A stretch of DNA of 64,000 nt from an uncultured Acidobacteriota bacterium (GCA_963700145.1 OY969474.1:4644916-4708915), one strand, 5' to 3'; counted from the stretch's first letter, positions 49,457 through 59,674 are shown. The notes: generated by a model from the sequence alone, not told the origin. Numbers and translations are program-made.

Positions 49457-49627
49457 GGCGGCCGGCGGCGGGGGACCCTGGCGGGGAGCTCTCCGCAAGC
49501 GCTGGCAACTCCCTTCGCAGTCGCCAAGCGATCCGACGCGCAGCGGAGCGCAGGCGCGCGCCTCAGATCAAGAAGTCCACTAACGCGCGCGCCGGTCCCC
49601 GCCAGGGTCCCCCGCCGCCGGCCGCCC
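49457..49627. repeat. Intergenic element with about 30-bp terminal inverted repeats (GCGGCCGGCGGCGGGGGACCCTGGCGGGGAGC ... GGTCCCCGCCAGGGTCCCCCGCCGCCGGCCGC). Its core is related, in inverted orientation, to that of the 48524 element.
   Basis: Seen directly in the sequence. Shared core block GGGAGTTGCCAGCGCTTGC versus GGGATTGCCAGCGCTCGC, and an internal GGCGCGCGC...GCGCGCGCC hairpin. Confidence 0.6.
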
Positions 49628-49654
49628 GGCAACACCCTTCGCTACAATCAGCCG

Positions 49655-50416
49655 ATGCGGGTCACGATGCTGGGAAGCGGCACTTCGACCGGCGTCCCCG
49701 TCATCGGCTGCACCTGCTCCGTCTGCACCTCCGACAACCCCCGCAACAAACGCTGGCGCGCCGGCCTCCGCCTAGAGCTCGAGCACGGCGTCGCCCTCGT
49801 CGACACGCCCACAGACTTCCGCGAGCAGGCCCTCCGCTACGGCGTCAACCGCGTCGACGCCGTCCTCTTCACCCACGCCCACGCCGACCACGTCTTCGGC
49901 CTCGACGACCTCCGAATCTTCAACTTCCGCCAGCGCACCGCCATCCGCTGCTACGCCTCCGCCCCCACCCTCGCCATGCTCCGCCGCTACTTCGCCTACG
50001 CCTTCGAGGACGGCCAGGAGGGGGGCGGCAAGCCCGTCCTCGACCTCGTCGAAGTGCGCGAGCCCTTCGACCTCCTCGGGCGGCGCATCGTGCCCGTCCC
50101 CGTCTGGCACGGCGAGCTCGAGGTCTACGGCTACCGGCTCGGCGACTTCGCCTACGTCACCGACTGCAGCCGCATCCCGGAAGAGAGCTTCCGGCTTCTC
50201 GAAGGCGTGCGCACCCTCGTCCTCGGCGCCCTGCGCTACCGCCCGCACCCCACCCACTTCACCGTCGACGAGGCGGCCGCGGCGGCGGCGCGCATCGGCG
50301 CCGAGCGCACCTTCCTGACCCACCTGGCCCACGACATCGACCACGACGCGCCCGCCGTGCCGCTGCCGGCCGGCGTGCACTTCGGTTATGACGGCCTCAC
50401 CCTCGAGGTCGACTGA
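49655..50416 (+). CDS. MBL-fold metallo-hydrolase (PhnP/GPMB-like)
   Basis: FTHAHADH motif and downstream His/Asp ligands. Confidence 0.75.
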   Translation: MRVTMLGSGTSTGVPVIGCTCSVCTSDNPRNKRWRAGLRLELEHGVALVDTPTDFREQALRYGVNRVDAVLFTHAHADHVFGLDDLRIFNFRQRTAIRCYASAPTLAMLRRYFAYAFEDGQEGGGKPVLDLVEVREPFDLLGRRIVPVPVWHGELEVYGYRLGDFAYVTDCSRIPEESFRLLEGVRTLVLGALRYRPHPTHFTVDEAAAAAARIGAERTFLTHLAHDIDHDAPAVPLPAGVHFGYDGLTLEVD

Positions 50417-51716
50417 GCCTTTCGCAGTCCCCGCCGGCCGGGTCGCCCGCGGCCGGCTGGCCGTCCCGCCGTCCAAGAGCCTCACCAACCGCTACCTGAA
50501 CCTGGCGCTCCTCGCCGGCGCGTCGGCGACGATCGAGCGGCCGTTGGAGGCCGAGGACACGGCCGCCTTCCTCGCGGCGCTGGCGGTTTGCGGATTCCGG
50601 GTAGAGAAAGAGAAGGACGAGTGGCGGCTCACCCCGGGACCGCTGCCTGCCGCCGCGGCGATCGACTGCGGCGCCTCCGGGACGATGCTCCGGTTCCTCA
50701 CCGCGGCGCTGGCCGCACTGCCCGGCAACTGGCGCCTCGACGGCGTGCCGCGCCTGCGCGAGCGGCCGGTCGGGCCGCTGGTCGATTCCCTCCAGCGGCT
50801 GGGTGCCCGCATCCGCTACCTGGGACAGGAAGGGTATGCGCCACTCGGGATCGAGGGAGGGACGCTGGGTGGAGGAGAGACGATCCTCGACGCGAGCGCC
50901 TCCAGCCAGTTCCTCTCCGCGCTGCTCATGGCGGCGCTCCGGGCGCCAGGGCTCGTGAGCGTGGAGGTCGCGGCCCTCACCTCCGAGCCCTACCTGCATC
51001 TGACGCTGGCCGCAATCGCGCAGTTCGGCGGCCGCGTGGAGCGGCCCTCCAGCCACGCTTTGGTCGTCCACCCGTCGACGCTGCGCGCCGGCCGCCTGCG
51101 CGTCGAAGGGGACTTCTCCGCCGCCTGCTACCCGGCGGCGGCGGCGGCGCTCACCGGCGGCGAGGTCGTCCTCGCCGGCCTGCCGCGCGGCTCGGCCCAG
51201 GGGGACCGCGGCTTCTTCGACCTCCTGTCGCGGATGGGCGCGGCGGTCGAGTGGCGCGGCGAGGAGGAGGTGAGCGTGCGCGGCACTCCCGGCGGCGCCC
51301 TCGTCGCCGCCGACGCCGACCTCGCCGCGATGCCCGACCAGGTGCCGACGGTCGCTGCGCTCGCCCCCTTCGCCCGCGGCACGACGCGCATCCGCAACGT
51401 GCCGCACTTGCGCCTCAAGGAGAGCGACCGCCTGCGCGCCATGGCCGGCCAGCTCGCGGCGGCGGGCGTGCCGGTCGAGGAGCGCGCGGACGGCCTGACG
51501 ATCGCGGGGGTCTGGGCCGACCGCTTGCCGGTCGACCTCCCCTCGGCGCCGGTGACGATCGACCCGCACGGCGACCACCGGATCGCCATGAGCATGGCGC
51601 TCGTCGGGTTCCGCCGGCCGGGGATCGCGATCGCCGATCCGCACGTCGTCGCCAAGTCCTATCCCGGCTTCTGGCGCGACCTCACCGCGCTGCTCGTTGC
51701 CGCTCAAGGCAACTGA
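50388..51716 (+). CDS. aroA: 3-phosphoshikimate 1-carboxyvinyltransferase (EPSP synthase)
   Basis: PPSKSLTNRYLNLALLAG, LRLKESDRLRAMA and DHRIAMSMAL motifs. Confidence 0.85.
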   Translation: MTASPSRSTEPFAVPAGRVARGRLAVPPSKSLTNRYLNLALLAGASATIERPLEAEDTAAFLAALAVCGFRVEKEKDEWRLTPGPLPAAAAIDCGASGTMLRFLTAALAALPGNWRLDGVPRLRERPVGPLVDSLQRLGARIRYLGQEGYAPLGIEGGTLGGGETILDASASSQFLSALLMAALRAPGLVSVEVAALTSEPYLHLTLAAIAQFGGRVERPSSHALVVHPSTLRAGRLRVEGDFSAACYPAAAAALTGGEVVLAGLPRGSAQGDRGFFDLLSRMGAAVEWRGEEEVSVRGTPGGALVAADADLAAMPDQVPTVAALAPFARGTTRIRNVPHLRLKESDRLRAMAGQLAAAGVPVEERADGLTIAGVWADRLPVDLPSAPVTIDPHGDHRIAMSMALVGFRRPGIAIADPHVVAKSYPGFWRDLTALLVAAQGN

Positions 51717-51824
51717 ATGCCCGAACCCGCTCGCCGCGCGGCGCAACCCGCTGATTCCGGGCGGCGCCCGCGCTTGACGGCGTTTGCGCACTGGCGTAGA
51801 GAAGCGCGCGCAAACCACCGTCCG

Positions 51825-54800
51825 ATGAGCGTCCACGCGCCCGCCGTCGAGCTGCGGCACCCGTCGCTGGTGCCGGCGCCGGGCGCACTGTCGCTCGCCG
51901 ACGCCCGCCTCACCGACCGCGAGCGGCTGGCGCTCCTCCTCCAGGGGGCGGCCCTCCTCGCGCACCTCCGGCACGCCGGCTGGGCGTTGCACGATGGTTG
52001 GCGCAGCGCCGCGGTCGCTCCGGCCGGCCGGCTCGTCGTCGCCGGCGCCGGTCCCGGCAAGTCGCGGCGCCTGCCGCAGGAGCTGCTGCGCGAGCTGCTG
52101 GCGTCGCTCTTTGGAGCGGGCGAGTCGATCGCCGGCCGCGGCGAGGCGCGGCGTGCCGCCCGCGTCCTGCTCGAGCCCTGGCGGCAGGGGCTCGTGCCGC
52201 TCGCGCCCGACGCGGCGGTGGGGCAGGTGCTGGAGGCGGCGCCCTTCCTCTGGGGTGCGCCGTTCGGCGAGGCCCGGCTGGCGCTCGCCGCCGAGCACGC
52301 GCTGAACGGCACGGTTCAGCTTTGGCTCGCCGGGCCGGCGCGCTTCCGCCGCGCCCTCCTCGCCGGCGGGCCCGACCGCGCGGCGCTGGCGGCGCTCCTC
52401 GGGTCGCCGGACGCGCGCGCCGCCTGGGAGGCGGCGGATGGGCGCGAGCCCGCCGCCCTCGCTCGCGCCGGCCGCTCGCGCGCCGCCCTCGCCGCTTGGC
52501 GGGGACGCCCGCCCCGGTCGGCAGAGGAGCGCGGCCTCCGCCTCCGCTGCCAGGCGCGGCTCGGCCGGCTGGGCGCGGCGCGGGCCGCGCTCCGCCGCCT
52601 GGAGGACGCCCCGCTCGGGCCGGACGAGCTCGTGGACCTCGCCGAGATCGCGTCGCGCGTCCTCGCCAACAGCGCCGAGCCGGAGCGCGCGGCGCGCTGG
52701 GTGGAGCGGGCGCTCGCCGCCGGACGGGAGGCCGGGCCGCCGCTCGCGCAGCGCGCCGAGCTGGTGGCCGCCGAGGCGGCCTGGGACCGGCGGGACGCCG
52801 CGGCGATGGACCGCCACCTGGAGGCGGCACGCGCGGCGCTCGACGAGCCGGCCCTCGCCTGGCGCTGGCACCACGTCGCGGCGCTGCGGGCATTCCGGCA
52901 GCCGGCGGGCGGGCCCGCCGCCGTCGCGCACCTGACGCGCGCCTTCGCCGCGCGGCGGCGGCTCTCGCCCCACGAGGCGGCCGGCCTCTGGAACGACCTC
53001 GGGCTGGCGCGCGCGCAGGCCGGCGACCTCGCCGGCACCGAGCGGGCCTTCCGCCACGCAGCGCGCCTCCTGGCCGGCGGCGACGGCCCGCGGCAGACGA
53101 CGCTGGCGCTCTACAACCTGGCGGAGGTCCGGGTGCGGCGCGGGCGGCTCGCCGGTGTGCGCGAGGTGCTGGAGCGCTCGACGGCGGCGAACCGCCTCGC
53201 CGGCAACCTGCGCGGCCTCACCCACGACATTGAGCTCTGGGTGCGCCTCGAGCTGGCGCAGGGGCGGCCGGCTGCGGCGCTCGCCCTGTGCCGCGGGCAG
53301 CTCGCCGAGCTGGACCGCCAGGGCTCGGACTGGCGGCGCGCCGAGCTGCGGGTGCTGGCGGCGCGCGCCCTCGGCTGGCTCGGCCGGGCCGACGAGGCCG
53401 CGGCCGAGTTGGCGGAGACCACCGCCGAGGCCCGCGCCGAGCTCGAGCCGGAGGAGCGGCCGGCGCTCTGGGCGCACGCCGGCCGGCGCGAGGAGGCGCT
53501 GCGCGAGGCGGCGGGGAGCCCGCTCGCGCCGCTCTGGCAGGCGCTGCTCGAAGGGCGGGCCGTGCCGGCGCCGGAATGGGACGCGCTCGGCGCCCTCGAG
53601 CCCTTCCGCGCCGCGCGGCTGGTCTTCGACGCCGAGCTGCTCCTCCCCGGCTGCGCGCCGCCGCACTGGGTGCGGCGCGCCGTGGCGGCGCTGCGCGAGG
53701 TGGGCGCCGGCCTGCCGGCCGAGCGGCTGGAGCGGCGGCACCCCGAGCCCTGGCGCGCGCTCGCCACGTACTTGGAAGCGCGCGACGGCGAGCGTGCCGA
53801 GATCGGCGCGTCCTGGCCGCGCCTCCTCGCCGAGGCCGGGCATCCGGAGGCCGAGCTGTGCTGGACGCGCGACGGCGATGACGACAGCGACGGCGAGAAG
53901 AGCGTGCTGGCGGCCGGCGCCGGTGGAGCGGAGGCGCTCTCGGCCGAGGCCGGCGGCGGCCGGCTCACCTTGCGCGCGCCGGCGGTCGACGAGGTGCTGG
54001 CGGCGCTCTTCGCCCTCGCCCGCCGCGAGCTGGACGGCGACGGCCGCCGCCATGCCGCGGGCCGCACTCCGCCCGCGGCTTCCCACCTCGCCGCCGGCCG
54101 CGGCGGCATCGCCGGCCGCAGCCCCGCGCTGCTCGCCGCGGTGGCGCGCCTGGAGAAGCTGGCCGCCACGCCGCTCGCGGTCCTGGTGCAGGGGGAGAGC
54201 GGCACCGGCAAGGAGCTGGCGGCGCGGCTCGTCCACCGCCTCTCGCCGCGCGCCCGCGCGCCCTTCGTCGCGGTCAACTGCGCCGCCCTCTCCGAGGCCC
54301 TCCTCCTCTCCGACCTCTTCGGCCACGTGCGCGGCTCCTTCACCGGCGCCGACCGCGACCGCGCCGGCGTCTTCGAGACGGCGCAGGGCGGCACCGTCTT
54401 CCTCGACGAGATCGGCGACCTGCCGCCGGCGGCACAGGGGATGCTGTTGCGCGTGCTCCAGGAGGGGGAGGTGCGGCGCGTCGGCGAGAGCTTGGCGCGC
54501 AAGGTGGACGTCCGGGTGGTGGCGGCCACCCATCGCGACCTCGCGGCGCGGGTGCGCGACGGCAGCTTCCGCGAGGACCTCTTCTACCGCCTGAAGGTGG
54601 CGAGCGTCGAGCTGCCGCCGCTGCGCGCGCGCGGCGACGACGTGCTGCTCCTCGCCGAGCACTTCCTCGCCAAGCAGGCGGCGCCGGACCCGGCGCCGGC
54701 CCTCTCGCCGGCGGCGCGGAGCGCGCTCCGGGCGCACCGCTGGCCGGGCAACGTGCGCGAGCTGGGCAACGTCCTGGCGGTGGCCGCGGCGCTGGCCGGC

Positions 54801-55037
54801 GGCGGGCCGATCCTCCCCGAGCACCTGGAGCTGCCGGCGGCGGCGGGGGCGAGCGACGGGAGCGGCGCGACGGCGGATGGACCGTCCGACTACCACCGCC
54901 GGGTGGACGCCTTCCGCCGCAAGCTGGTGGAGGACGCGCTGGCGGAGGAGGGCGGCAACCGCGCCGCGGCGGCGCGGCGGCTGGGGCTCTCGCGGCAGGC
55001 GCTGTCGTATCTGGCCCGGCAGCTCGGGCTTGTCTAG
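51825..55037 (+). CDS. Sigma-54-dependent transcriptional activator with a long N-terminal TPR-like sensory region
   Basis: C-terminal AAA+ sigma-54 interaction domain ([27 protein letters not shown]-variant, [11 protein letters not shown]) and Fis-type HTH. ATG at 51717 is an alternative start. Confidence 0.8.
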   Translation: MSVHAPAVELRHPSLVPAPGALSLADARLTDRERLALLLQGAALLAHLRHAGWALHDGWRSAAVAPAGRLVVAGAGPGKSRRLPQELLRELLASLFGAGESIAGRGEARRAARVLLEPWRQGLVPLAPDAAVGQVLEAAPFLWGAPFGEARLALAAEHALNGTVQLWLAGPARFRRALLAGGPDRAALAALLGSPDARAAWEAADGREPAALARAGRSRAALAAWRGRPPRSAEERGLRLRCQARLGRLGAARAALRRLEDAPLGPDELVDLAEIASRVLANSAEPERAARWVERALAAGREAGPPLAQRAELVAAEAAWDRRDAAAMDRHLEAARAALDEPALAWRWHHVAALRAFRQPAGGPAAVAHLTRAFAARRRLSPHEAAGLWNDLGLARAQAGDLAGTERAFRHAARLLAGGDGPRQTTLALYNLAEVRVRRGRLAGVREVLERSTAANRLAGNLRGLTHDIELWVRLELAQGRPAAALALCRGQLAELDRQGSDWRRAELRVLAARALGWLGRADEAAAELAETTAEARAELEPEERPALWAHAGRREEALREAAGSPLAPLWQALLEGRAVPAPEWDALGALEPFRAARLVFDAELLLPGCAPPHWVRRAVAALREVGAGLPAERLERRHPEPWRALATYLEARDGERAEIGASWPRLLAEAGHPEAELCWTRDGDDDSDGEKSVLAAGAGGAEALSAEAGGGRLTLRAPAVDEVLAALFALARRELDGDGRRHAAGRTPPAASHLAAGRGGIAGRSPALLAAVARLEKLAATPLAVLVQGESGTGKELAARLVHRLSPRARAPFVAVNCAALSEALLLSDLFGHVRGSFTGADRDRAGVFETAQGGTVFLDEIGDLPPAAQGMLLRVLQEGEVRRVGESLARKVDVRVVAATHRDLAARVRDGSFREDLFYRLKVASVELPPLRARGDDVLLLAEHFLAKQAAPDPAPALSPAARSALRAHRWPGNVRELGNVLAVAAALAGGGPILPEHLELPAAAGASDGSGATADGPSDYHRRVDAFRRKLVEDALAEEGGNRAAAARRLGLSRQALSYLARQLGLV

Positions 55038-55046
55038 GAGGGGGCC

Positions 55047-55970
55047 ATGAGCCGCTACCTCCTCCGCCGCCTGGCGCAGATGCTGCCGATCGCGCTGCTG
55101 GTCGCGACGCTGGTCTTCTCGCTGCTCCACCTGATCCCTGGCGACCCGGTGGAGGTGATGCTCGGCGAGGGCGCGCAAGCCGCCGACGTCGCGGCGCTGC
55201 GCGCCGAGCTGGGGCTCGACCGGCCGCTGGGCGAGCAGTACCTGGCCTTCCTCGGCGGGCTCGGCCGCTTCGACCTCGGCACCTCGCTCCACTCCGGCGA
55301 GCCGGTGACGGCGGTGCTCCTGGCGCACCTGCCGGCGACGCTTGAGCTGGCCTGCGCGGCGATGCTGGTGGCGCTGGCGCTGTCGCTGCCGCTCGGCACG
55401 CTCGCTGCCTTCCACCACGGGCGGGCGGCGGACCACGTGTCGCGCGCGGTAGCGGTGCTCGGGGTGGCGCTGCCGAACTTCTGGCTCGGGCCGATGTTGA
55501 TCCTGCTCTTCTCGGTGCAGCTCGGATGGCTGCCGGTGTCGGGGCGGGAGGGGGTCGCGAGCCTGGTGCTGCCGGCGGTAACGCTGGGGGCGGGGCTGTC
55601 GGCGCTGTTGACGCGGCTGGTGCGGGCGTCGGTGGCGGAGGAGCTGGGGCGGCCGTATCTGGCGACGGCGTTGGCGAAGGGGGTGTCGCGGGCGCGCGCG
55701 GTGGTGGTGCACGCGCTGCGCAACGCGCTGGTGCCGGCGCTGACGGTGGCGGCGCTGCAGTTCGGGGCGCTGCTAACCGGGGCGATCGTGACGGAGACGG
55801 TGTTTTCCTGGCCGGGATTGGGGAGATTGCTGATCGAGGGGATCAGGCTGCGCGATTACCCGCTCGTCCAAGGTGGTGTGCTGCTGATCGCTTGGACCTA
55901 CTTGCTGGTGAACTTGGCCACCGACCTCGCCTACGCCTGGCTCGACCCGCGGATGCGGGAGAGCAACTAA
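55047..55970 (+). CDS. ABC transporter permease, DppB/OppB-like
   Basis: N-terminal MSRYLLRRLAQMLPIALLV. EAA-like loop region ...YLATALAKGVSRARAVVVHALRNAL. Confidence 0.85.
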   Translation: MSRYLLRRLAQMLPIALLVATLVFSLLHLIPGDPVEVMLGEGAQAADVAALRAELGLDRPLGEQYLAFLGGLGRFDLGTSLHSGEPVTAVLLAHLPATLELACAAMLVALALSLPLGTLAAFHHGRAADHVSRAVAVLGVALPNFWLGPMLILLFSVQLGWLPVSGREGVASLVLPAVTLGAGLSALLTRLVRASVAEELGRPYLATALAKGVSRARAVVVHALRNALVPALTVAALQFGALLTGAIVTETVFSWPGLGRLLIEGIRLRDYPLVQGGVLLIAWTYLLVNLATDLAYAWLDPRMRESN

Positions 55971-56210
55971 TCACTAATTTCCCCCCGCCCGCCCTTCTTG
56001 CTGCGGCCGTTCCGGTGTGGGGTCCCGCAGGTCTCCTCCGCGCCGGGCGCTCCTTTGTGTCCGCGCTTCGCGTGCTGGTACAGGGGCGGGTTGCCAGCAA
56101 ACACCGCGGTGGCTCCGGCGCCTCGCACGGTGGACTGCCAGGGGGAGCGGACGGAGCGCCCGGCGCTCCAGAGATCCTGCGGGCCCTAGAACCGGTGGTG
56201 GAGCCCCTGC

Positions 56211-56300
56211 CTATGTCATCCCGAGCGTGAGCGAGGGATCTGGGGGCAGGGTGGCGCGAAGGCCCCCGCCCAGATCCTTCGCTTCACTCAGGATGACAAG
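56211..56300. repeat. REP-like palindromic repeat, full dyad copy
   Basis: GTCATCCCGAGCGTGAGCGAGGGATCTGGGGGCAGGG ... CCCCCGCCCAGATCCTTCGCTTCACTCAGGATGACAAGG. Confidence 0.75.
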
Positions 56301-56432
56301 GAGGCGTCGTTGCGTGTGGGCGGGGGCGACGTCACTTCAGAGATTCGAGTCATGGCGCCGCGTGATGTGCCGGGCCGGGTGGCCCGGCATCTCACGCGGC
56401 ACTATCCGCCCCGCGCGGTGCCCTCTTTCTTC

Positions 56433-56894
56433 TTATATGTGTGAGCGAAGGACTTCCGTAATCTGAAGCAACCCGTCGCGATCGATCTCATCGAACGCCG
56501 CAATCTCGTGCGAATCGATATCCAGGACTGCGACGAGCGCGCCGGTGCGATCGAGAATGGGGACGACGATTTCCGAGCGCGCGGATTCGTCGCAGGCGAT
56601 GTGGCCGGGGAAGGCGTGGACGTCGGGAACGAGCTGGACAGTGCGGGTGCGCGCCGCGGCGCCGCAGACGCCGCGGTCGAAAGGGATCTCGAGGCAACCG
56701 AGCGGCCCTTGATACGGCCCGACGCGCAGCAGCCCCGGCGCCACGACGCGATAGAAACCGGTCCAGCTCGCGGCCGGCAGCGCGCGATGGATCAGACAGG
56801 CCGCCGTCGCCATCGAGGTGATCGGATCATCCACGCCTTCGAGCACCGACGCGAGCTCCACCGCCAGCCGCCGGTAGGCCTCGACCCTCTCCAT
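56433..56894 (-). CDS. GAF-domain protein, free methionine-(R)-sulfoxide reductase-like (MsrC/YebR family)
   Basis: GFYRV...GPYQGPLGCLEIPFDRGVCGAAA...VPDVHAFPGHIACDESARSEIVVPI...VLDIDS matches the MsrC GAF pattern. Confidence 0.7.
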   Translation of the reverse strand: MERVEAYRRLAVELASVLEGVDDPITSMATAACLIHRALPAASWTGFYRVVAPGLLRVGPYQGPLGCLEIPFDRGVCGAAARTRTVQLVPDVHAFPGHIACDESARSEIVVPILDRTGALVAVLDIDSHEIAAFDEIDRDGLLQITEVLRSHI

Positions 56895-56943
56895 GACGTC
56901 AGGGATCACGATCTCCACGGCGCGGCATCGTAGCATCGGCCTC

Positions 56944-57768
56944 ATGAGCCGCTGGCGGAACTTGCCGCGCGGCGCCGTCGTCGGCGGCGCCGTGCTTCTC
57001 GTGTTGTGCGCCGCCGCGCTCTTCGCGCCGTGGCTCTCGCCGTACGACCCGCTCGCGCAACAGCTCGAGCTCCGCCTCCAGCCGCCGTCGCTCGCTCATC
57101 CGCTCGGGCTCGACGAGCTCGGGCGCGACGTCCTGTCGCGGCTCCTCTTCGGCGCCCGCACCTCGCTCGCCGTCGGGCTCGCGGTGGTCCTCGTCGCCGG
57201 CTCGATCGGCACCGCCATCGGCGCCGTCGCCGGCTTCGCCGGCGGCCGCGTCGACGCTCTGCTCATGCGCGCCACCGACGTCTTCCTCGCCTTTCCGGGG
57301 ATCCTTCTCGCCATCGCTTTCGTCGCCGTGCTCGGACCGGCGCTGTCGCACGTCGTCCTGGCGTTGGTGCTGATCGGTTGGGTGGGTTACGCACGCCTGG
57401 TGCGCGCCCAGGTGCGGCAGTGGACGGCGCGCGACTTCGTGCTGGCGGCGCGCGCCGCCGGGCTGCCGCGGCGGCGGATCGTGCTGCGCCACCTGCTGCC
57501 CAACGTCCTGCCCGAGCTGACCGTGCAGGCCACGCTCGGGCTGGCCGGCGCCATCCTCGCCGAGGCCGGTCTCTCCTTCCTTGGCCTCGGCATCGAGCCG
57601 CCGGCGCCGTCGTGGGGGAGCATGATCAACGCCGGCCGCAGCCACCTCCTCGACGCGCCGCACCTTTCGCTTTTCCCGGGGCTGGCCATCGTCGTCGCCG
57701 TCGTCGGCCTGCACCTACTGGGCGACGGCGTCCTCGACCTCCTGGACCCCCGCCGCCCGCGCTCCTGA
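56944..57768 (+). CDS. ABC transporter permease, DppC/OppC-like
   Basis: Binding-protein-dependent permease fold. EAA loop AARAAGLPRRRIVLRHLLPN. Confidence 0.85.
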   Translation: MSRWRNLPRGAVVGGAVLLVLCAAALFAPWLSPYDPLAQQLELRLQPPSLAHPLGLDELGRDVLSRLLFGARTSLAVGLAVVLVAGSIGTAIGAVAGFAGGRVDALLMRATDVFLAFPGILLAIAFVAVLGPALSHVVLALVLIGWVGYARLVRAQVRQWTARDFVLAARAAGLPRRRIVLRHLLPNVLPELTVQATLGLAGAILAEAGLSFLGLGIEPPAPSWGSMINAGRSHLLDAPHLSLFPGLAIVVAVVGLHLLGDGVLDLLDPRRPRS

Positions 57769-57821
57769 CGTCTGCGATCATCGAAAGGCAAGCGATTCGC
57801 AACTTGTCTCGCAGGCGCAAC

Positions 57822-57850
57822 TTGACATTGTTCATACAGACTTTGATAAT
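57822..57850 (+). promoter_or_regulatory. Near-consensus sigma-70 promoter (TTGACA-N17-GATAAT) upstream of the HTH/AT-hook gene
   Basis: TTGACA at 57822-57827, a 17-nt spacer, and GATAAT at 57845-57850. About 70 nt upstream of ATG 57919. Confidence 0.5.
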
Positions 57851-57918
57851 GACCCGACCTTGAGCGGCCGGACCGCTCATTTCCGTTCCTTTCCAACGCG
57901 CATGGAGGACCTCTGCTA

Positions 57919-58728
57919 ATGGCAGAACCCGACACGTCGGCGTCGCAGGGCGGGGAGGGCCGCCGCACCTACACCCTCTCGGACGTCGCCAAGAAGACGG
58001 GCATCTCGATGCCCACGTTGCAGCGCTACAAGAAGCTTTATCAAAGCCGTCTCCCCTCCGTAGGACAAGGCCGCAAGCAGCGTTATCCCGAGGAAGCCCT
58101 CGCCGTCTTCGAAGAGATCAAGGTAGAGAGCGCGGGCCGCCGCGGGCGGCCGCGCAAGGATCCGTCGGCGCCGAGACCGGCGCGCACCGCCACGCCGAAG
58201 CGCCGCGCCAGGGCCGCGCGACGCGGTCGTCCTCCCGGTCGTCCGCCGGGACGTCCACGGCGCGGTCGTCCTCCCGGGCGTCCGCCGGGACGTCCCGCAC
58301 GGCGCGGTCGTCCGCCCGGTCGTCCGCCGGGACAGGCGCGGCGCGGTCGTCCCCCCGGTCGTCGCACCGGGACCGGCGGCCTGCTCACGCTGACCTCGGT
58401 CAGCGAGCGGACCGGGATCTCCTACCCGACGTTGGTGCGTTACGTGAAGCTCTACTCCAGCCGCCTGCCGCACGTCGGCAGCGGTCGCGCGCGGCGCTTC
58501 AAGCCCGAGGCGGTCGAGGTCTTCCGCGAGCTGCGGCAGCAGAGCGGCCGCGGCGGCCGCCGCCGCGGTCCCGGCCGCCCGGCCGGTGAGGGCGGGCGTC
58601 GTCGCGGGCGTCCGCCGGGGAGCGCGAGCGGCGTCGCGGGTCGCCTGCGGGCGCTCGAGAAGTCGCAGGCGGCGCTCGAGAAGCGGATGAAGCGCTTCGT
58701 GAGCAGCGTGACGAAGCTGTTCAAGTAG
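57919..58728 (+). CDS. DNA-binding protein with two MerR-like HTH repeats and AT-hook-like RGRPPG repeats
   Basis: The YTLSDVAKKTGISMPTLQRYKKLY...RLP.VG.GR..RYPEEAV.VF module occurs twice, each followed by GRPRK/RGRPPGRPPG tracts. The coding tandem repeat is at about 58225-58375. Confidence 0.6.
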   Translation: MAEPDTSASQGGEGRRTYTLSDVAKKTGISMPTLQRYKKLYQSRLPSVGQGRKQRYPEEALAVFEEIKVESAGRRGRPRKDPSAPRPARTATPKRRARAARRGRPPGRPPGRPRRGRPPGRPPGRPARRGRPPGRPPGQARRGRPPGRRTGTGGLLTLTSVSERTGISYPTLVRYVKLYSSRLPHVGSGRARRFKPEAVEVFRELRQQSGRGGRRRGPGRPAGEGGRRRGRPPGSASGVAGRLRALEKSQAALEKRMKRFVSSVTKLFK

Positions 58729-59674
58729 CCGCGGCGGTCAAGTGGTCCCAGCCGGCGGGGGGCAGCGTCCGCTGCCTCCCGCCGGTCGCCAGCCGCACAC
58801 CGCGCCCCGCGGTGATCGTTCCGATCCTCCGACAGCCAAATGCCGGCGGCGGCCCCGCGCGAGCGGGCAGCGTGAAGAGCAGCACGTAGTCCTCGCCGCC
58901 GCCGAGCGCCAGCTCCAGCGGCTCGCGCCCGAGCCGCGCGCAGAGCGCGGCGAAGCCGCGCGGCAGCGGCAGCCGTTCCGCCTCGACGACCGCTCCCACG
59001 CCGCTCGCCGCGCAGAGGCGGTGGAGGTCGCGCGCCAGGCCGTCCGAGACGTCGATCGCCGCCCCCGCCGCGCCGCGCCGCTCGCCGAGCCAGCGGCCGA
59101 GCGCGAGCTGCGGCGCCGGCGCGAGGTGCCGCCGCACCGCCCGCCGTGCGGCGGCGTCCCTGGCCGCCACGCCCGCGGCGAGGAGCAGCCGCCCGGCGGC
59201 CGACTCGCCGAGCGTCCCCCCGACCCACAGCGCCTGCCCCGGGCGGGCGCCGCCGCGGCGCAGGAACCGCCGCCCTTTCGGCAGCCGTCCGAGGAGCGTC
59301 AGCGTGGCGACCAGCCCGGCCGGCGACGCGGCGAGGTCGCCGCCCGCCAGGCGCACGCCGTGGCGGCGGCAGGCGGCGGCGAGCGCCGCGAGGAAGCGGC
59401 GGTGCGGGAAGCCCGCCGGCGCGTTGAGCGCCAGCACCGCGTAGGCCGGATCGGCACCGCACGCGGCGAGGTCGGAGAGGTTGACGGCGAGGAGGCGGCG
59501 CGCCACCACCGCCGGCTCAGTCCCGGCAAGGAAGTGGACCCCTTCGATCTGGCTGTCGACGGTGGCGACGAAGCGGCCCGGCAGAAGGGCGGCGTCGTCG
59601 CCGATCAGCGGCTCGTCACCGAGGCGGCCGCGGAGCCACCGGAGCAGGCGCTCCTCGCTGCGGTCTTCCCCCAC
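58721..59674 (-). CDS. thiL: Thiamine-monophosphate kinase
   Basis: AIR-synthase-related fold. IGDDAALL and VDSQIEGVHF N-terminal motifs and DVSDGLARDL. Confidence 0.8.
   Translation of the reverse strand: MGEDRSEERLLRWLRGRLGDEPLIGDDAALLPGRFVATVDSQIEGVHFLAGTEPAVVARRLLAVNLSDLAACGADPAYAVLALNAPAGFPHRRFLAALAAACRRHGVRLAGGDLAASPAGLVATLTLLGRLPKGRRFLRRGGARPGQALWVGGTLGESAAGRLLLAAGVAARDAAARRAVRRHLAPAPQLALGRWLGERRGAAGAAIDVSDGLARDLHRLCAASGVGAVVEAERLPLPRGFAALCARLGREPLELALGGGEDYVLLFTLPARAGPPPAFGCRRIGTITAGRGVRLATGGRQRTLPPAGWDHLTAAAT

Noticed and set aside
51776-51810. TTGACG-N17-TAGAGA considered as a promoter for the sigma-54 activator gene
   Set aside because: Weak -10 hexamer. Mentioned only as a reason to prefer the 51825 start; not called as a feature.
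51910-54594. Multiple Arg/Ala-rich ORFs (327, 411, 472 and 479 aa) on both strands
   Set aside because: All lie within the sigma-54 activator gene, which has clear AAA+ and HTH motifs in its own frame.
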